Shown here one piece after another: positions 12,521 through 25,408 of a DNA stretch of 64,000 nucleotides. Below the pieces are notes generated by a model. That model did no database searches, was not told where the DNA came from, and saw nothing but the letters and a program-made list of their open reading frames with translations. The stretch is from NCBI RefSeq assembly GCF_009914755.1, contig NC_060931.1. The stretch is one strand, 5' to 3'. Every line of letters begins with the position of its first letter. The stretch's first letter is position 1. This DNA is from the human T2T-CHM13v2.0 reference genome, Homo sapiens. The translations under genes were made by a program, and so were the position numbers.

Positions 12521-13011
12521 GGCGGCCTCTGGCATCGGATGTGCAGCGGTGGGCGTGCTTTGGGCCTCAAGACTCAGACAAACACCCCAGTGACAAGGGG
12601 GTGTGGGCGGGAGGCAGGGGGTGGCCACGTGGTCACCCTGGGAACCAGTGGGGAAGACCATATGGCCAAGGCCACCGCCCCTCCCATAAACCCTCCTGTC
12701 CCTCCCAGAAACACCCTCTAGGGTGGGCCTCTGAAGCTAGTGGAGCGGGAGTCCCCCCAGGGTGTCTAGACATCTCCCTGGTCCACAAGCAGACACATGC
12801 TCTGAGTGAGACGGGCCGGGCGACCCCAGCTCTTGCCTGATCCCTGGACACACGTTCTTGCCCTTGGAGACTGAGGTTCCTCCTTGGTGGACAACATCAA
12901 GCTCTGCCCAGGGGTCAGGGCAGGGCCTCGGCGGGCTGTAGGGATCACCCCAAGACGCTTCCAGGTAGTCCTTCCCTCGGGCCAAAGATGTGGCCAACAA
13001 TTTGCAGAAGG

Positions 13012-13212
13012 GAACGACGCCAACGCTGACCCCTTTGCCATCACTGACCCCTCCACCAATGCTGACCTCCACCAACACTGACCCCCTCCGCCATTGCTGA
13101 CCCTTCCACCAATGGTGACCTATCTGCCATTGCTGACCTCTCCGCCAACGCTGACCTCTCCTCTGTCGCTGACCCCTCCGCCATTGCTGACCCCTCCACC
13201 ATTGCTGCCCTG
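13012..13212. repeat. Degenerate ~18-21-bp tandem repeat (ccattgctgacccctcc-like)
   Basis: ctgacc recurs at short intervals. Confidence 0.8.
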
Positions 13213-15636
13213 AACTCACCTTGACTGGTTCAGAGCAGAACCAACGGCCCTGCCCTCCCGGAATCTTCCCGCACTTGGGAACAGCAGTTGCGCTCGCTTC
13301 TGCCCCTTGGGAAGCTGCCCACAAGCCCTGAGGGGCCTCCCAGCCATGGAAAACCCTGCCCTGTGGGTTGCATTCCACCAGCCTGCCCCACAGTCCCCGC
13401 TGAGTAGCGCGGGAAGGGAGGCTCCTGACCCCCCAGCCCCCCTCCGCTCCTCACCACGACCTTCTCGTTGACCCCAGGCCGTGGGGACGGGGTTCAGGGT
13501 CCCTGCCACCAATCCCATGTCCACTATTGCCTCGACAGAGCTCCAGCCCCAGGGTGCATGGGGCAGCTGAGGGGCCCCAGCTCCATCCCAGGTCTGAGCC
13601 ATTCCTGAGAAGGTGGAAGACAGCACCCAGAACACAGAGGCCCCCACCGGGCGTCTGGGGGCAGGGCCACAAGCGGAGGGAGGGACATCTCACAGCAACA
13701 TCTCTCTTGCTGGGCTGGAGAAAACCAATTTCCTCTCCCTGCTGTGTCTGTGGGCACGCCAGTCCCTTTTTAATTTAACCTGAATTAATTACCAGGGCAG
13801 AGGCAGGTGTTCCTCCTCGGTTTCTCTCTCCGGCTCTTTGCCTTGTCGCTTGCAAGCGCTGGGCAGCCTGCGGGGAGATCTGTCCAACAGTGCCAGGGTC
13901 CAAAGACCGAGGGGCCCCGTGCAGGCCTGGGCACTCACGTCCGTGGCACCTCAGGACCACCAGCAGCTCCGGGGGGCTCAGAATCCCTCCAGTCCCTGCT
14001 GGGGGTCCCTTGTTGCTTTATCTCTGCAGCTCTCGATTCCTAAGCCTTTCCTGAGTACAGAGATTCAGATTCTAAATCAGCACAGGATCAAAGAACCAGG
14101 GGCGACCCACGGACATCCTTGCTGGGCCCCGGAAGTGTGGCTGAGCCCCCGGTGGTCCGGGGAGAGCACAGCCTTCCAGGCCTGACCATGGAGACCCCGG
14201 CTTGGTCCCACCTAATCTCTGCAGACCACAGGTTGGTGACGGGTCTCTGGGATGAGGCTGGAGCTGGGAGCACCTCAGGCTCAAAGGAACTTAGCATTTT
14301 GCTCCAGGAATGGATAGCCCAGGGTGGGCGGCTGCGTTTCCATTTTCAACACACCCAACCTCAGCACAAGACTCCCAGATCTGCAACGGGGATGGTGACA
14401 GTCTCAGTCGACTGTGGCCAGAGGGAAGAAAGGCCCAGGGGCCGTCAGTGGCTTTCACTTCACTTTACAAACGGAAAAACGGTGTCCAGGCGGGGCAAGG
14501 TCAGTGGCAAAGACAAGATTCATGCTCAGGTCCCCTGGCCCCAGACACTGCCTCTCAGTGAACACTGGCTGCCAAACCTACCAGCATTCCTGAGACACAG
14601 AGAACCCAGTGGGGTCCTCACAAGGCCAGGCATCGAGGTCCTTATCAGGGACCCTCCAGAAAGGAGACCAGGCATCTCGTGTGCCCAGCCCCGCTGGGTG
14701 CTTGTCCCACAGGCACGGTGGAGGAGAATCAGCAAGTACAGGAGTCATACACCAGTGATCGGATGTGGCTTAGACTCAACAGGACCCACGGGCCCAGGAC
14801 GCAGGAGAGGAGGCACTCGCCCACCTGGACCTGGACACCGCCCCTGCATGGGGGACTCAGGAGAGCAGGACCTCGTGAGCTGCTGGGATACACATGAGCC
14901 GCCCGGGCAGCGGGTCTGCACCCCATGGGAAACACTGCAGAGAAGATAAGAATCAAATGTTTAGTGAAACAGGAATCCTAGCAGCTCCTGACCTGCACCA
15001 AGGACCGGGCTGGGAGCCAGGGCAGCCTCAGAGGCTGCCACGCAGGTGACCCAAGGTCCCCTCGTGATCCTGCCATCTCAGGCCCGGAGGAGAGCGTCCC
15101 ATCTCCTCCCCGGAACCGCGGCATCTGGCAGCCGGCCAGCTTCGTGTGTCCTTAAAGGCGGGGTTCTCCACCTCGAGGGTGCGGCGCCCACCTCCTCCGG
15201 GGCCTGTGCCTCTTCAGGTCTCGCCTCAGTGCCAGCGGCAGACCCTCTCAAAGCGTGGCCTGCCGACGCCTGTGTCCATCCTCATTAACAGCCAGATTCA
15301 GGGACACCAGCAGGGTGTCACGGGGCAAGTACCTCATGTTCGAGTTCTCCACGCCACAGCCTTGCTGCTGAGAGACCACCCACTATGGAAAGAGCAGGCG
15401 TGCACAGCTATGGGTCAGCAGGGCCTCAGATGGACGGTCTCTCCCTCTGCAGGCTGTGGTCAGCAGGCCCCTGGATGCAGGCTGGCCCTGGATGGACGGT
15501 CCTCCTCTGCAGGCCGTGTTTGGTGAGTTCGGTTCACATGCATCTCGTCCTCCATGGTCCAGTTGGCTCACTGGACTGTTCGCTTTTCGGCCTGGGCAGG
15601 ACCACAAGAGAGCAAGGCCGAAGAAACCCGCACTGG

Positions 15637-17245
15637 CACACATCAAAACACAACTCCACACAACGTCCAAAACTCATGCTCACACACATCAAAACACAAC
15701 TTCGCACAACGTCCAAAACTCACACACACACACATCAAAACACAACTTCGCACAACGTCCAAAACTCACACACAAAGACACGACTTCACACAGCGTCCAA
15801 AACTCACGCTCACACACATCAAGACACAACTTCACACAACGTCCAAAACTCACGCTCACACACATCAAAACACAACTCCACACAACGTCCAAAACTCACG
15901 CTCACACACATCAAAACACGACTCCACACAACGTCCAAAACTCACGCACACACACGTCAAAACACGACTCCACACAACGTCCAAAACTCACGCTCACACA
16001 CGTCAAAACACAACTTCGCACAACGTCCAAAACTCACGCTCACACACATCAAAACACAACTCCACACAACGTCCAAAACTCACGCTCACACACGTCAAAA
16101 CACAACTTCGCACAACGTCCAAAACTCACGCTCACACACATCAAAACACAACTTCGCACAACGTCCAAAACTCACGCACACACACATCAAAACACAACTT
16201 CGCACAACGTCCAAAACTCACACACGCACACATCAAGACACGACTTCACACAACGTCCAAAACTCACGCTCACACACATCAAGACACGACTTCGCACAAC
16301 GTCCAAAACTCACACACACACATCAAGACACAACTTCACACAACGTCCAAAACACACACACACACATCAAGATACAACTTTGCACAACGTCCAAAACTCA
16401 CGTTCACACACATCAAAACACAAGTCCACACAACGTCCAAAACTCACGCTCACACACATCAAGACACGACTTCACACAACGTCCAAAACTCACGCTCACA
16501 TACATCAAAACACAACTTCGCACAACGTCCAAAACTCACGTTCACACACATCAAAACACAACTTCGCACAACGTCCAAAACTCACACACACACACACACA
16601 AGACACGACTTCACACAACGTCCAAAACTCATGCTCACACACATCAAAACTTCACACATCCAAAACTCACGCTCACACACATCAAAACACAACTTCACAC
16701 AACGTCCAAAACTCACGCTCACACACATCAAGACACGACTTCACACAACGTCCAAAACTCATGCTCACACACATCAAAACTTCACACAACGTCCAAAACT
16801 CACGCTCACACACATCAAAACATAACTTCACACAACGTCCAAAACTCACGCTCACACACATCAAAACACAACTTCGCACAACGTCCAAAACTCACACACA
16901 CACACATCAAAACACAACACACAACGTCCAAAACTCACACACACACATCAAAACACAACTCCACACAACTCCAAAACTCACGCTCACACACATCAAAACA
17001 CAACTTCGCACAACGTCCAAAACTCACACACACAATCAAAACACAACTGCACACAGTCCAAAACTCACGCTCACACACATCAAAACACAACTTCGCACGT
17101 CCAAAACTCACACACACACACGACACAACTTCACACAACGTCCAAAACTCACGCTCACACACATCAAAACACAACTTCACACAGCGTCCAAAACTCACGC
17201 TCACACACATCAAAACACAATGTCCAAAGCTCACGCTCACACGCG
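15637..17245. repeat. CA-rich minisatellite, 46-bp unit gtccaaaactcacgctcacacacatcaaaacacaact(t/c)c(g/a)cacaac, ~35 copies
   Basis: gtcc at 15841 and 15887; degenerate toward right end. Confidence 0.97.
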
Positions 17246-17360
17246 CGTTGAAAGCAGCCGGAACAACACAATTTCCTCCGAGGGGAAATGCCGATTCGAA
17301 TGACAGCGAATTTCTCATCGGAAACCATGCAGGCCAGAAGGAAGAGGCACAGGTTTTCGG
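17246..17360 (+). mobile_element. Old L1 (L1M) ORF1 fragment
   Basis: ttgaaagcagcc...attcgaatgacagc.gatttctcatc.gaaaccatg.aggccagaaggaag resembles L1M ORF1. Confidence 0.7.
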
Positions 17361-17414
17361 GCTGGTGGGGGCTGCAGAGGAAGCCGGCGGGGCCAAAGCG
17401 TTCTGTGATTGAAG

Positions 17415-17575
17415 GCGCTGACATCGGCTTCCTGGTTGTGACACGGCGCTCAGCTTTGCGAGATGGAACCATAGGGGACATTGCAAAAAGGGCACACAGA
17501 ATCTCTCCGTATTAATTCTTAAAATTGCACAGGAATCTACAGTTATCTCAAAATAAAAATTTAATTAAAAAAAAA
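17415..17575 (+). mobile_element. Old L1 (L1MB/MC-like) 3' end with A-tail
   Basis: ttcctggttgtga...aagggcacacagaatctctccgtatt..ttctta.aa.tgca..gaatctaca.ttatctcaaaataaaa + poly-A. Confidence 0.75.
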
Positions 17576-18949
17576 GTGATATCCTAGAGTCCTGCCCCAC
17601 CCCCAGTATCTTCCAAACAGGACCTGTTGTCACCAAGTCCCGCTCCCAGCACCGCAGAGAGACCTTGAGCCTGTGCCTCGTGCCTCAGCGCAGTCCGCAC
17701 CCAGCTCACTCCGTCCCCGGAGCCAGCGGCTCTGCCTTCCCATCGTCCTCTCTCCCTCCAGCAGCCGGGGCCACAGCCTTCAGAAGCACGTGAAAGCAAT
17801 GCCCCCCGCTGCTCACACCCATTACGGGCTCCCTCTTCCTCCAGGGACGAGCGCCCCGTGGGCCTCCATCAGAGACCTGCTCCCGCCCAGGGTCTTGGCA
17901 CCTCCGCCCTCCAGCCCGTCCCCAGATCTTGGCTTTGCTGCTTCTCGTCACGCAGGGTGTCCTTGCGTCTAAGTCAGCAGCCCCCTCCTGCCCGGCTCTC
18001 CCCACCCTCTTGCCTTGCTTTGGTTTCTTCTGTGTTTGATGTCAGCTGACTGATCTTGCTTCCCTCTCTGCCCGCCTGTCTGTGTCCGTCCCCGCCCCCA
18101 GGAACTGGTGTGTCTGTGTCAGGAGTCGGTCCAGGCTCCGGCACCTGTGGGGTGCCCGCCGTGTGGCCTGCCTTCCACATGGATGACCGGTTGAAGGGGT
18201 GCGGCCTCCACCAGCTTGTCCAGGCTGCGGGCGTCCATGCTCTGTCACTCGGATCCCCCCTAGCTACAGCCGGGGCGTTGCAGGGCTGGGATCTGCTCTG
18301 GGAGACCTCTCTGTTCCCACGGCCCACCTGGATCCACCAAGGTCCACCATGGCCTGGCAGTGTCCAGTGAGCGAGGGCCACGATTCTGGGGACGGATGTC
18401 TCCCTGACTCCTCTCCCAGATCTCAGCCCTCTTACCCCATCCATCCTCTCTGGCTCGCAAAACACCCTCCAAGGTGAGGCCAAGCCGAGCTCATTCCTGG
18501 CCCCACCGGCCCTCCCTGGACGCCCTCCCTGGACGCCCTTGTTCTTTCAGAAAGTCCCGCCCCTCCCCAAACAAGGCACTCTGTCTCCGGACACTCCTTT
18601 TCCTCCACCCTACTACACCACACAACCTCACTCCTATTAGCCCTTGGCCCTGTACTCAGCTGAGGAAGTGCCGTGGGGTGCACACCACCTCCCCACCTCA
18701 CTTCCTCCACCCAGTAGGGACCCCTGGCTCCATTTTACAGGTGAGAAAACAGGCTCTGAGACCTCGAGGAACCTTCCAACGGGCCACGTTCTCTGTCGAT
18801 TGGCTCCAGTGCTTTAGAGGCCCAGGCCGATAGGATGCATTTTCTCTTCCGGTTTCCAGATTCAGTAGAAACGCCACAGCCCCAAGGCACCAGCTTGTGG
18901 GTTCTCGAGCCGTAGAGCCCTTGGTTCCAACAGACTTGCAAAGAGGAGG

Positions 18950-19655
18950 GGGCCCTTGGGAGGCCCTGATTGGGACACCGCTCACCACCCATTTATGGGG
19001 TCTTCAGGGGGTGGGGGCTGGGGCTCTGACGCCCCCGGCTTTCCTGTCCCTCTCTCTGCCCCCTGCTATGGCCCCTTGGGAAGCTCTGAGTGGGAACCAT
19101 TCACCCACCCTTTTGCAGGGCCTGGAGGGCGGGGGCTGGGGCTCTCGGCTTTCCTGTCCCTCCTCTGCCCCCTGGTACGGCCCTTGGGAAGCTCTGAGTG
19201 GGAACCATTCACCTACCCTTTTGCGGGGTCTTCAGGGGGTGGGGGCTGGGGTTCTGATGCCCCCGGCTTTCCTGTTCCTCTCTCTGTGATCCCTGCTATG
19301 GCCCTTGGGAAGCCCTGAGTGGGGCACCACTCACCACCCATTTGCAGGGTCTGCAGGGGGTGGGGGGTGGGGCTCTGACGCCCCTGGCTTTCCTGTCCCT
19401 CTCTCTGCCCCCTGCTACGGCCCTTGGGAAGCTTTGAGTGGGGCACTGTTCGCCCACACATTTGTGGAGCCTGGAGGGTGGGAGCGGGGAGTCTGATGTC
19501 CCCGGCTTTCCTGTCCCTCTCTCTGCCCCCTGCTACGGCCCTTGGGAAGCTCTGAGTGGGGCACTGTTCGCCCACACATTTGTGGAGCCTGGAGGGTGGG
19601 AGCGGGGGGTCTGATGTCCCCGGCTTTCTTGTCCCTCTCTCTGCCCCCCGCTACC
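18950..19655. repeat. ~120-bp tandem repeat, ~6 copies
   Basis: cccttggga recurs near 18953, 19073, 19181, 19302, 19421, 19539. Confidence 0.93.
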
Positions 19656-21279
19656 GTGTCACCGGCCCCAGTGTCCGCAGAATCTGGGCGATTCCGAATT
19701 ATGCAACGGCAACCGGGAGGCGAAGGGGATGGGGTACAGGGACACTGGGCGGGCAGGCCAGCTGCTCACAATTCAGGTCTCGCCCAGAGGATGTGGGCGC
19801 AGCGCCCAGAGGGGAAGCCCTTTAGGACCAGCGCCTGCCGTCCGGCATGCTCCGGGAACATTCCTTCCAGGCTGGATGTGCGTTGCCAGGGAGTGAGATG
19901 CCAGGAGGGAGTGTCATCACCACAGTCGGCCACCACAGGATGTGCCCAAGTCTGGCAGGGTCCCCAGGCTCACCAGACCCATTGAGGGCTCCAGGGAAGG
20001 GGCTGCAGGGGCGGCCAGTGCGGGGGCAGCCTGGGCGCTGGAGACGGAGGCCTGGGGCCGGGTCCTGTCCTTCACTCCGTAGCAGGACGGCCTTGGACAA
20101 GTCCCACATCACCTCCTCAGGCCCACGTGAGACCCTCAGCACCACAGCGTGTACACCGTACGTGCAAAAAGAGGGTAGTCTGTCTTCAAGAAGCATGGCC
20201 TTGTGCCACCCATGCCCATCGGGGGTGAAATGACGTCTTGTCCAGGGGAAGTCTTGACACCCCACTTCTCTCCAGAGAAGAGTCAAATTCCAAGCTCTGT
20301 CAACAGCTCTAGAAAGGGGGCCTTTGGGGGCTCCAGGGGTCCAGGCCTGGGAAAGAGACTCCTGGCCCGTGTGTGGCCTCATCGAGGAGGACGTTGCTAG
20401 TGCTTGTGGATGAAGTCGTGAGCTCACTGGAAGGGGTGTCATCCCTTGTCTCCCAGGAAACGGATGTTCTGGGAAACATAAAAATCAGTGGCAGCGTGTG
20501 TTCCACAGCAGAAAATCGAGCCTGAGCCAGGAGGGCCTTTGGGGTTCCAGGCGGACATGTCCTGCTGTCTCACTAGTCAGGCCCGAAGGAAAAGGGCCAG
20601 CCCGAGGTGGCAAAACTACACCCCAGTGGGGCCGAGGCCTCAGGATTTATGATGATCCAACATCACCGCTGCACCCTCCCAGCACCACTGACGAGCCCAC
20701 GGGGCCAGCCCGGGGTGGAGATCCAACACTGTGTCCACTGCCTAGGCCCACAGCCCCTGCCCCGTACACCTGTGAGACCCTGCTGCCTACAGGCCCTAGT
20801 TCTTCCAAAGCGTCTCTGGGGAGCATCCTGATGGGTTCCCGGATGGGTCCTTTGCCCTCAGTGGCAGCGGGCAGACGTCACAGCTGCCCCTGTGCCAGGG
20901 GTCTCTGGGGGCTACTGCATCCGTCACAGCTCTGCCTGCCTCATGGGCTGTCCTCAGCCCTTGGGGGCCACAGCTGTGCCGACCCCCTTCGCAGTCAGCC
21001 TTGCCCTCGGTCTCCTGGGGCCTGAGGCAGAGCCCATGGGCCTCGGGCCTCTCACACTTCCAGCAGCTTCCTCTGCAGCCCATGTCCTCTCCACAGCAGT
21101 CAGGCCTGGGTTGGGGTGGGCCGTCCTGTCCTCCATTTACAGAACACAGTGGTCGAGAACACGGGCTCTGGAACGAGTTGACTGGGCCATGTGCCAGCTC
21201 CTGGCTTACTCACTCTGAGCACAGAGCCCCGAGTCGGGTTCTCATCATCAACATCCCCCTGTGCATAGGGACTGTCTGG

Positions 21280-21450
21280 CTCAGGGGGTGTCCAACTCTG
21301 GAATCACCTGGGGATGCTTAGCAAGCTCTGTGCCTGGCTCCCACCTCAGGCACTCTGACTTAGTTGGTATGGGACTGAGTTAGCACTGGAATTTTAAAAA
21401 CTCTCCAGGTGGTTCATTGGTTCAGCAAAGTTTGGGAACCACTGACCTAA
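21280..21450. mobile_element. MER5A-type hAT DNA transposon, inserted in a MIR
   Basis: gaatcacctgggga...tttaaaaactctccaggtg.ttc...agtttgggaaccactg. Confidence 0.75.
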
Positions 21451-21560
21451 CTCACAGAGTGGCTGTGAGGGGTAAATAAGATGACATATGCAAAATACAT
21501 AGTGTCAAGCCTGGCTGCAGACTGGACTCGGTGGATGGCCAGTATCGTTATTGTCATTTT
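21451..21560 (+). mobile_element. MIR 3' part
   Basis: ctcacagagtggctgtgagg..taaataagatga.atatg.aaa...gcctggc. Confidence 0.65.
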
Positions 21561-21565
21561 TAGTA

Positions 21566-22508
21566 TCACCACCACCAGCACCACCAGCACCACCAGCACC
21601 ACCATTATCACCGTAACCACCATCATTACCACCATCACTGTTATCATCATCATCACCATCTTCATCATCACCATCATCATTGTGACCATCATCCTTACCA
21701 CCATCATCATCATCACCATTATCATCATCACAACCGCCATCCACACTGTCATCACAATCACCATCAATATCACCATCACCACCATCACCAGCATCACCAT
21801 CACCATCATCACCATCGTCATCACCATCATCACCATCACCACTATCACTACCATCACCATCACCACCATCACTATCAACATCACCATCACCATCACCATC
21901 ATCACCATCACCATCATCACTATCACTACCATCACCATCACCACCATCGCTATCAACATCACCATCACCATCACCATCATCACTATCACCACCATCATCG
22001 CTATCAACACCACCATCACCGTCATCACCACCATCATCACCACCATCATCATCACCACCATCACCACCACCACCATCACCACCATCACCATTACCACCAT
22101 CACCACCACCATCACCACCATCATCGCTATCAACACCACCATCACCGTCATCACCACCATCATCACCACCATCACCACCATCATCATCACCACCATCACC
22201 ACCATCACCATCACCACCATCACCATTACCACCATCACCACCACCATCACCACCATCACCACCACCATCACCATCACCACCATCACCACCATCACCACCA
22301 TCACCACCATCACCATCACCATCACCACTATCACCATCACCATCACCACCATCACCATCACCACCACCATCACCATCACCACCATCACCACCATCACCAT
22401 CACCATCATCACCATCACCATCACCACCATCACCATCACCACCATCAGCATCACCACCATCAGCATCACCACCATCAGCATCACCACCATCACCATCACT
22501 GTCATCAC
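21566..22508. repeat. ~940-bp mixed (CAC/CAT)n trinucleotide repeat
   Basis: In-frame ACC/ATC triplets; poly-Thr/Ile and poly-Met/Val ORFs. Confidence 0.97.
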
Positions 22509-22704
22509 TTCTGGATTGCTCTTTCTATATTTTCATCGGAAACTGATGCATAAAATTCTTCGTTCTTTTTCCAGCCAGAAAGCTTATCTATATCCACTGC
22601 AAGTGTAGGCAGGTTGCAGGGGAGTTACTATCCTCTGAGTCAGTGTTGGCTTACATATACTTGGGACTGCTGGTTACTTCCACGTTTTAAATTTCTAAGG
22701 AGCT

Positions 22705-22865
22705 TCTCGTTTAAACCTCACTGTAGCCTTGGCATGTGGGCAGTTTTTGCTATCCCATTTTACAGATGAGAAAACAGAGGTTCAGGAAAGTTAGTTGATG
22801 TGTCCACGGTCCCACTGCCACCTAATGGTAGATCTGGGATCTAAATCCAGGTGTCTAATCTCAAA
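22705..22865 (-). mobile_element. MIR
   Basis: atcccattttacagatgagaaaacagaggttcag...gggat.taaatccagg. Confidence 0.8.
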
Positions 22866-23542
22866 ACACTTGCAAATTAATTGTCGCCTAGAGTCTGGGG
22901 CATGGGCTGACCTCCTGAGACTCTGGTGTCCCGGTGTTACCCTCAATGCCCTTGTTCCTCCTGCAGATGCCTCCCCTTCTGCTTGGATCACAGGAGGCCT
23001 TGAGAAAAGGCTTCCAAGGGCTTTGGGTCAGCAGAGCGGAGGAATGAGGCTTCCACGGCGCACTCTGTGCCAGGCCCCCAGCCCACCCCTGACCGCTCTG
23101 CCGGGATGTCAGGCAGGGCTGGGCTGTGTCTGGCTCAGGCAGCCGAGGGACACGGCACAGATCGGTCCCTCCTCTCTCCCCAGGGAGGCCTCCCTCTTCA
23201 GGCTCTCTCCAGCCTCACCTGCCTCATCTGTGCCCAGGGGCTTTGGCGGGCAGGGAGGATGCTCTGACCCTAGGAAGCCCTGCAGCAGGGAGGGGAAGGG
23301 GGTTGACAGACAGCGTCCGGAGCAGGCTGCTGCTGCGGGAACAGGGGAACCCTCAGACCAGAAAGACCTCAGCTCAGGCTCCAGCACGGGCCTCTGCCCC
23401 CCTTGGATGGAGGCTGCTCCCTGTGCCAGCTGCTAGGCACTCAGAGCCTGTCCCCAGCCTGGGCCAAGGTGCCGAGGGCCAGAGAAAGCCTTTGGATGAC
23501 GAGTCCTTGAGGTTGTGTCCACAGCAATGGCAGCCCTGGGAA

Positions 23543-23927
23543 GCGGGTAGGGATGCAGTGGGCTCTGTGCTCGCCTCCTGAGAGGCACGGGGCTGAGGAC
23601 CTGTGAGCGGGTGGGGATGCAGTGGGCTCTGTGCTCGCCTCCTGAGAGGCACGGGGCTGAGGACCTGTGAGCGGGTGGGGATGCAGTGGGCCCTGTGCTT
23701 GCCTCCTGAGAGGCACGGGGCTGAGGACTTGTGAGCAGGTGGGGATGCAGTGGGCCCTGTGCTCACCTCCTGAGAGGCACGGGGCTGAGGACCTGTGAGG
23801 GGGTGGGGATGCAGTGGGCTCTGTGCTCGCCTCCTGAGAGGCACGGGGCTGAGGACCTGTGAGCAGGTGGGGATGCAGTGGGCCCTGTGCTTGCCTCCTG
23901 AGAGGCACGGGGCTGAGGACCTGTGAG
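23543..23927. repeat. 64-bp minisatellite, 6 copies
   Basis: ggatgcagtggg at 23551, 23615, etc. Confidence 0.96.
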
Positions 23928-24712
23928 GGATCCGGGAGGGGAGGTGCACAGGGCCTGGCAGTCTGACAGGGAGGGAGTGTTTTTCTTGCTGCGCTTTTTG
24001 AGGGAGAGAGGAAAGGAGAAGGGAGAGCACGCTGCCCCAGGACCTGTGACTGTGGGAAGCAAATGGTGTCTAACGTGCACGAACTACTCCCTGGCACTCC
24101 AGGGAAGGGAATTTTCCCAAATCAAACTAGATCTGCTTCCCACCATTGGCTCTCCCCCAGGGATGATAAGTTCAAGTGAGAAGCTCTCAGCCCCGTCCTG
24201 CCCTGCTGGTGGGGCCCTGGGGCTCTGCAGGAGGCAACCCCACTGCCCTGACCCCAGGAGCCCTGGGAGCTGTGAGATGTCCCCTCCGCAGCCCAATCAC
24301 TCAGCCAAGTGAGCTGGCTGTGCTCGCCGCCCAGGCCTTGGTGTCTGCACCATCTCCAGCCCCTTTCCTGTCCACCCACCCTGGGTCCCTGCTTGGAGAC
24401 AGGGCCGTGAAGCGGCTCTCCTCACATTCCCACATTAGCAAGCATCTACAGCCCCGACTCCATAGAGGCACAATGGTCTCCACTCCTGCCCCTTCCAAGA
24501 GGAGAGCAACGCTTAGCTTCTCTTCATGCCTGCTTACCCGCTTCTGGGAATAAGGCAGGCCTTGAGAACAAAGGCCTTCCTGTCAGACTCTGGAACGGTG
24601 ACTGAAACAACAACAAAAAAGCCATCAATCTATCAACTTCACAAAGATAGTTTTGGCATGATGTACCTTGTAACTCCTGTTCTCCTGCTCTGTAAGAATC
24701 TTTGTCAATTTT

Positions 24713-25408
24713 TGTGATAGTCCGACTCCACAGTGGGCCTCAACAATCATGGCCTCCTGGTGTTCACACACTTAGCTGACCCCATGGCAGCTCATGACAG
24801 CCATTGCAAGGCCAGGCACGGTGGCTCAAGCCTGCAATTCCAGCACTTTCGGAGGCTGAGGCAGGAGGCTTGCTTGAGGCCAGGCATTCAATAACAGCTT
24901 GGGCAACACAGTGAGACCCTATCTCTACAACAAATTTTAAAAATTAGCTGGATGTGGTGCTGGACGCCTGTAGTCCCAGCCACTCAGGAGGTGGGAGGAT
25001 GGTTAGAACCCAGAGTTTGAGCCTGCAGTGAGCTGTGATCACACCACTGCACTCCAGCCTGGGCAACAGAGCAAGACCCTGTCTCAAAAACAAAGTCACT
25101 GCAGCTTAGTCTCTTGGATTGCTCATTCTGTGGAGGCTGGCAGCCATGTTGTAAGGAGGCTCAAGCAGCTCTGAGGAGACCCCCCCCCCCATGGGGAGGA
25201 GCCACCCTTCCAGCCACATGCAGGAGCCACCTTGGAAGGGGCTCCTCCAGCCCAGCAGACTTTCAGCTGACAGCAGACTCATGAGACCCTAAGGCTGAGC
25301 CACTCTCAAGTTCATGACCCACAGAAGCCATGAGAGATGACAAATTATTATTATCCTTTGAAGCCATTAAGTTTTGGGGTGATCTGTGACACAGCAACAG
25401 ATAACACA
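24713..25408 (+). mobile_element. MaLR LTR (MLT1E/F-like) split by AluJ
   Basis: tgtg start; gccatgttgt.agga.gctcaagcag; aagcca.taagttttgggg..atctgt.acacagca..agataa end. Confidence 0.8.
24810..25094 (+). mobile_element. AluJ
   Basis: ggccaggcacggtggctca...tgcttgaggccagg...gagaccct.tctctac...gcagtgagctgtgat; degenerate TSD agccattgca/agtcactgca. Confidence 0.92.

Noticed and set aside
15385-17412. 675/615/423-aa His/Thr/Lys-rich ORFs
   Set aside because: Open in all three + frames because the 46-bp VNTR lacks stops; no domain or splice context
21447-22608. Poly-Thr/Ile (mucin-like) and poly-Met/Val ORFs
   Set aside because: Translation of a triplet microsatellite; start lies in a MIR
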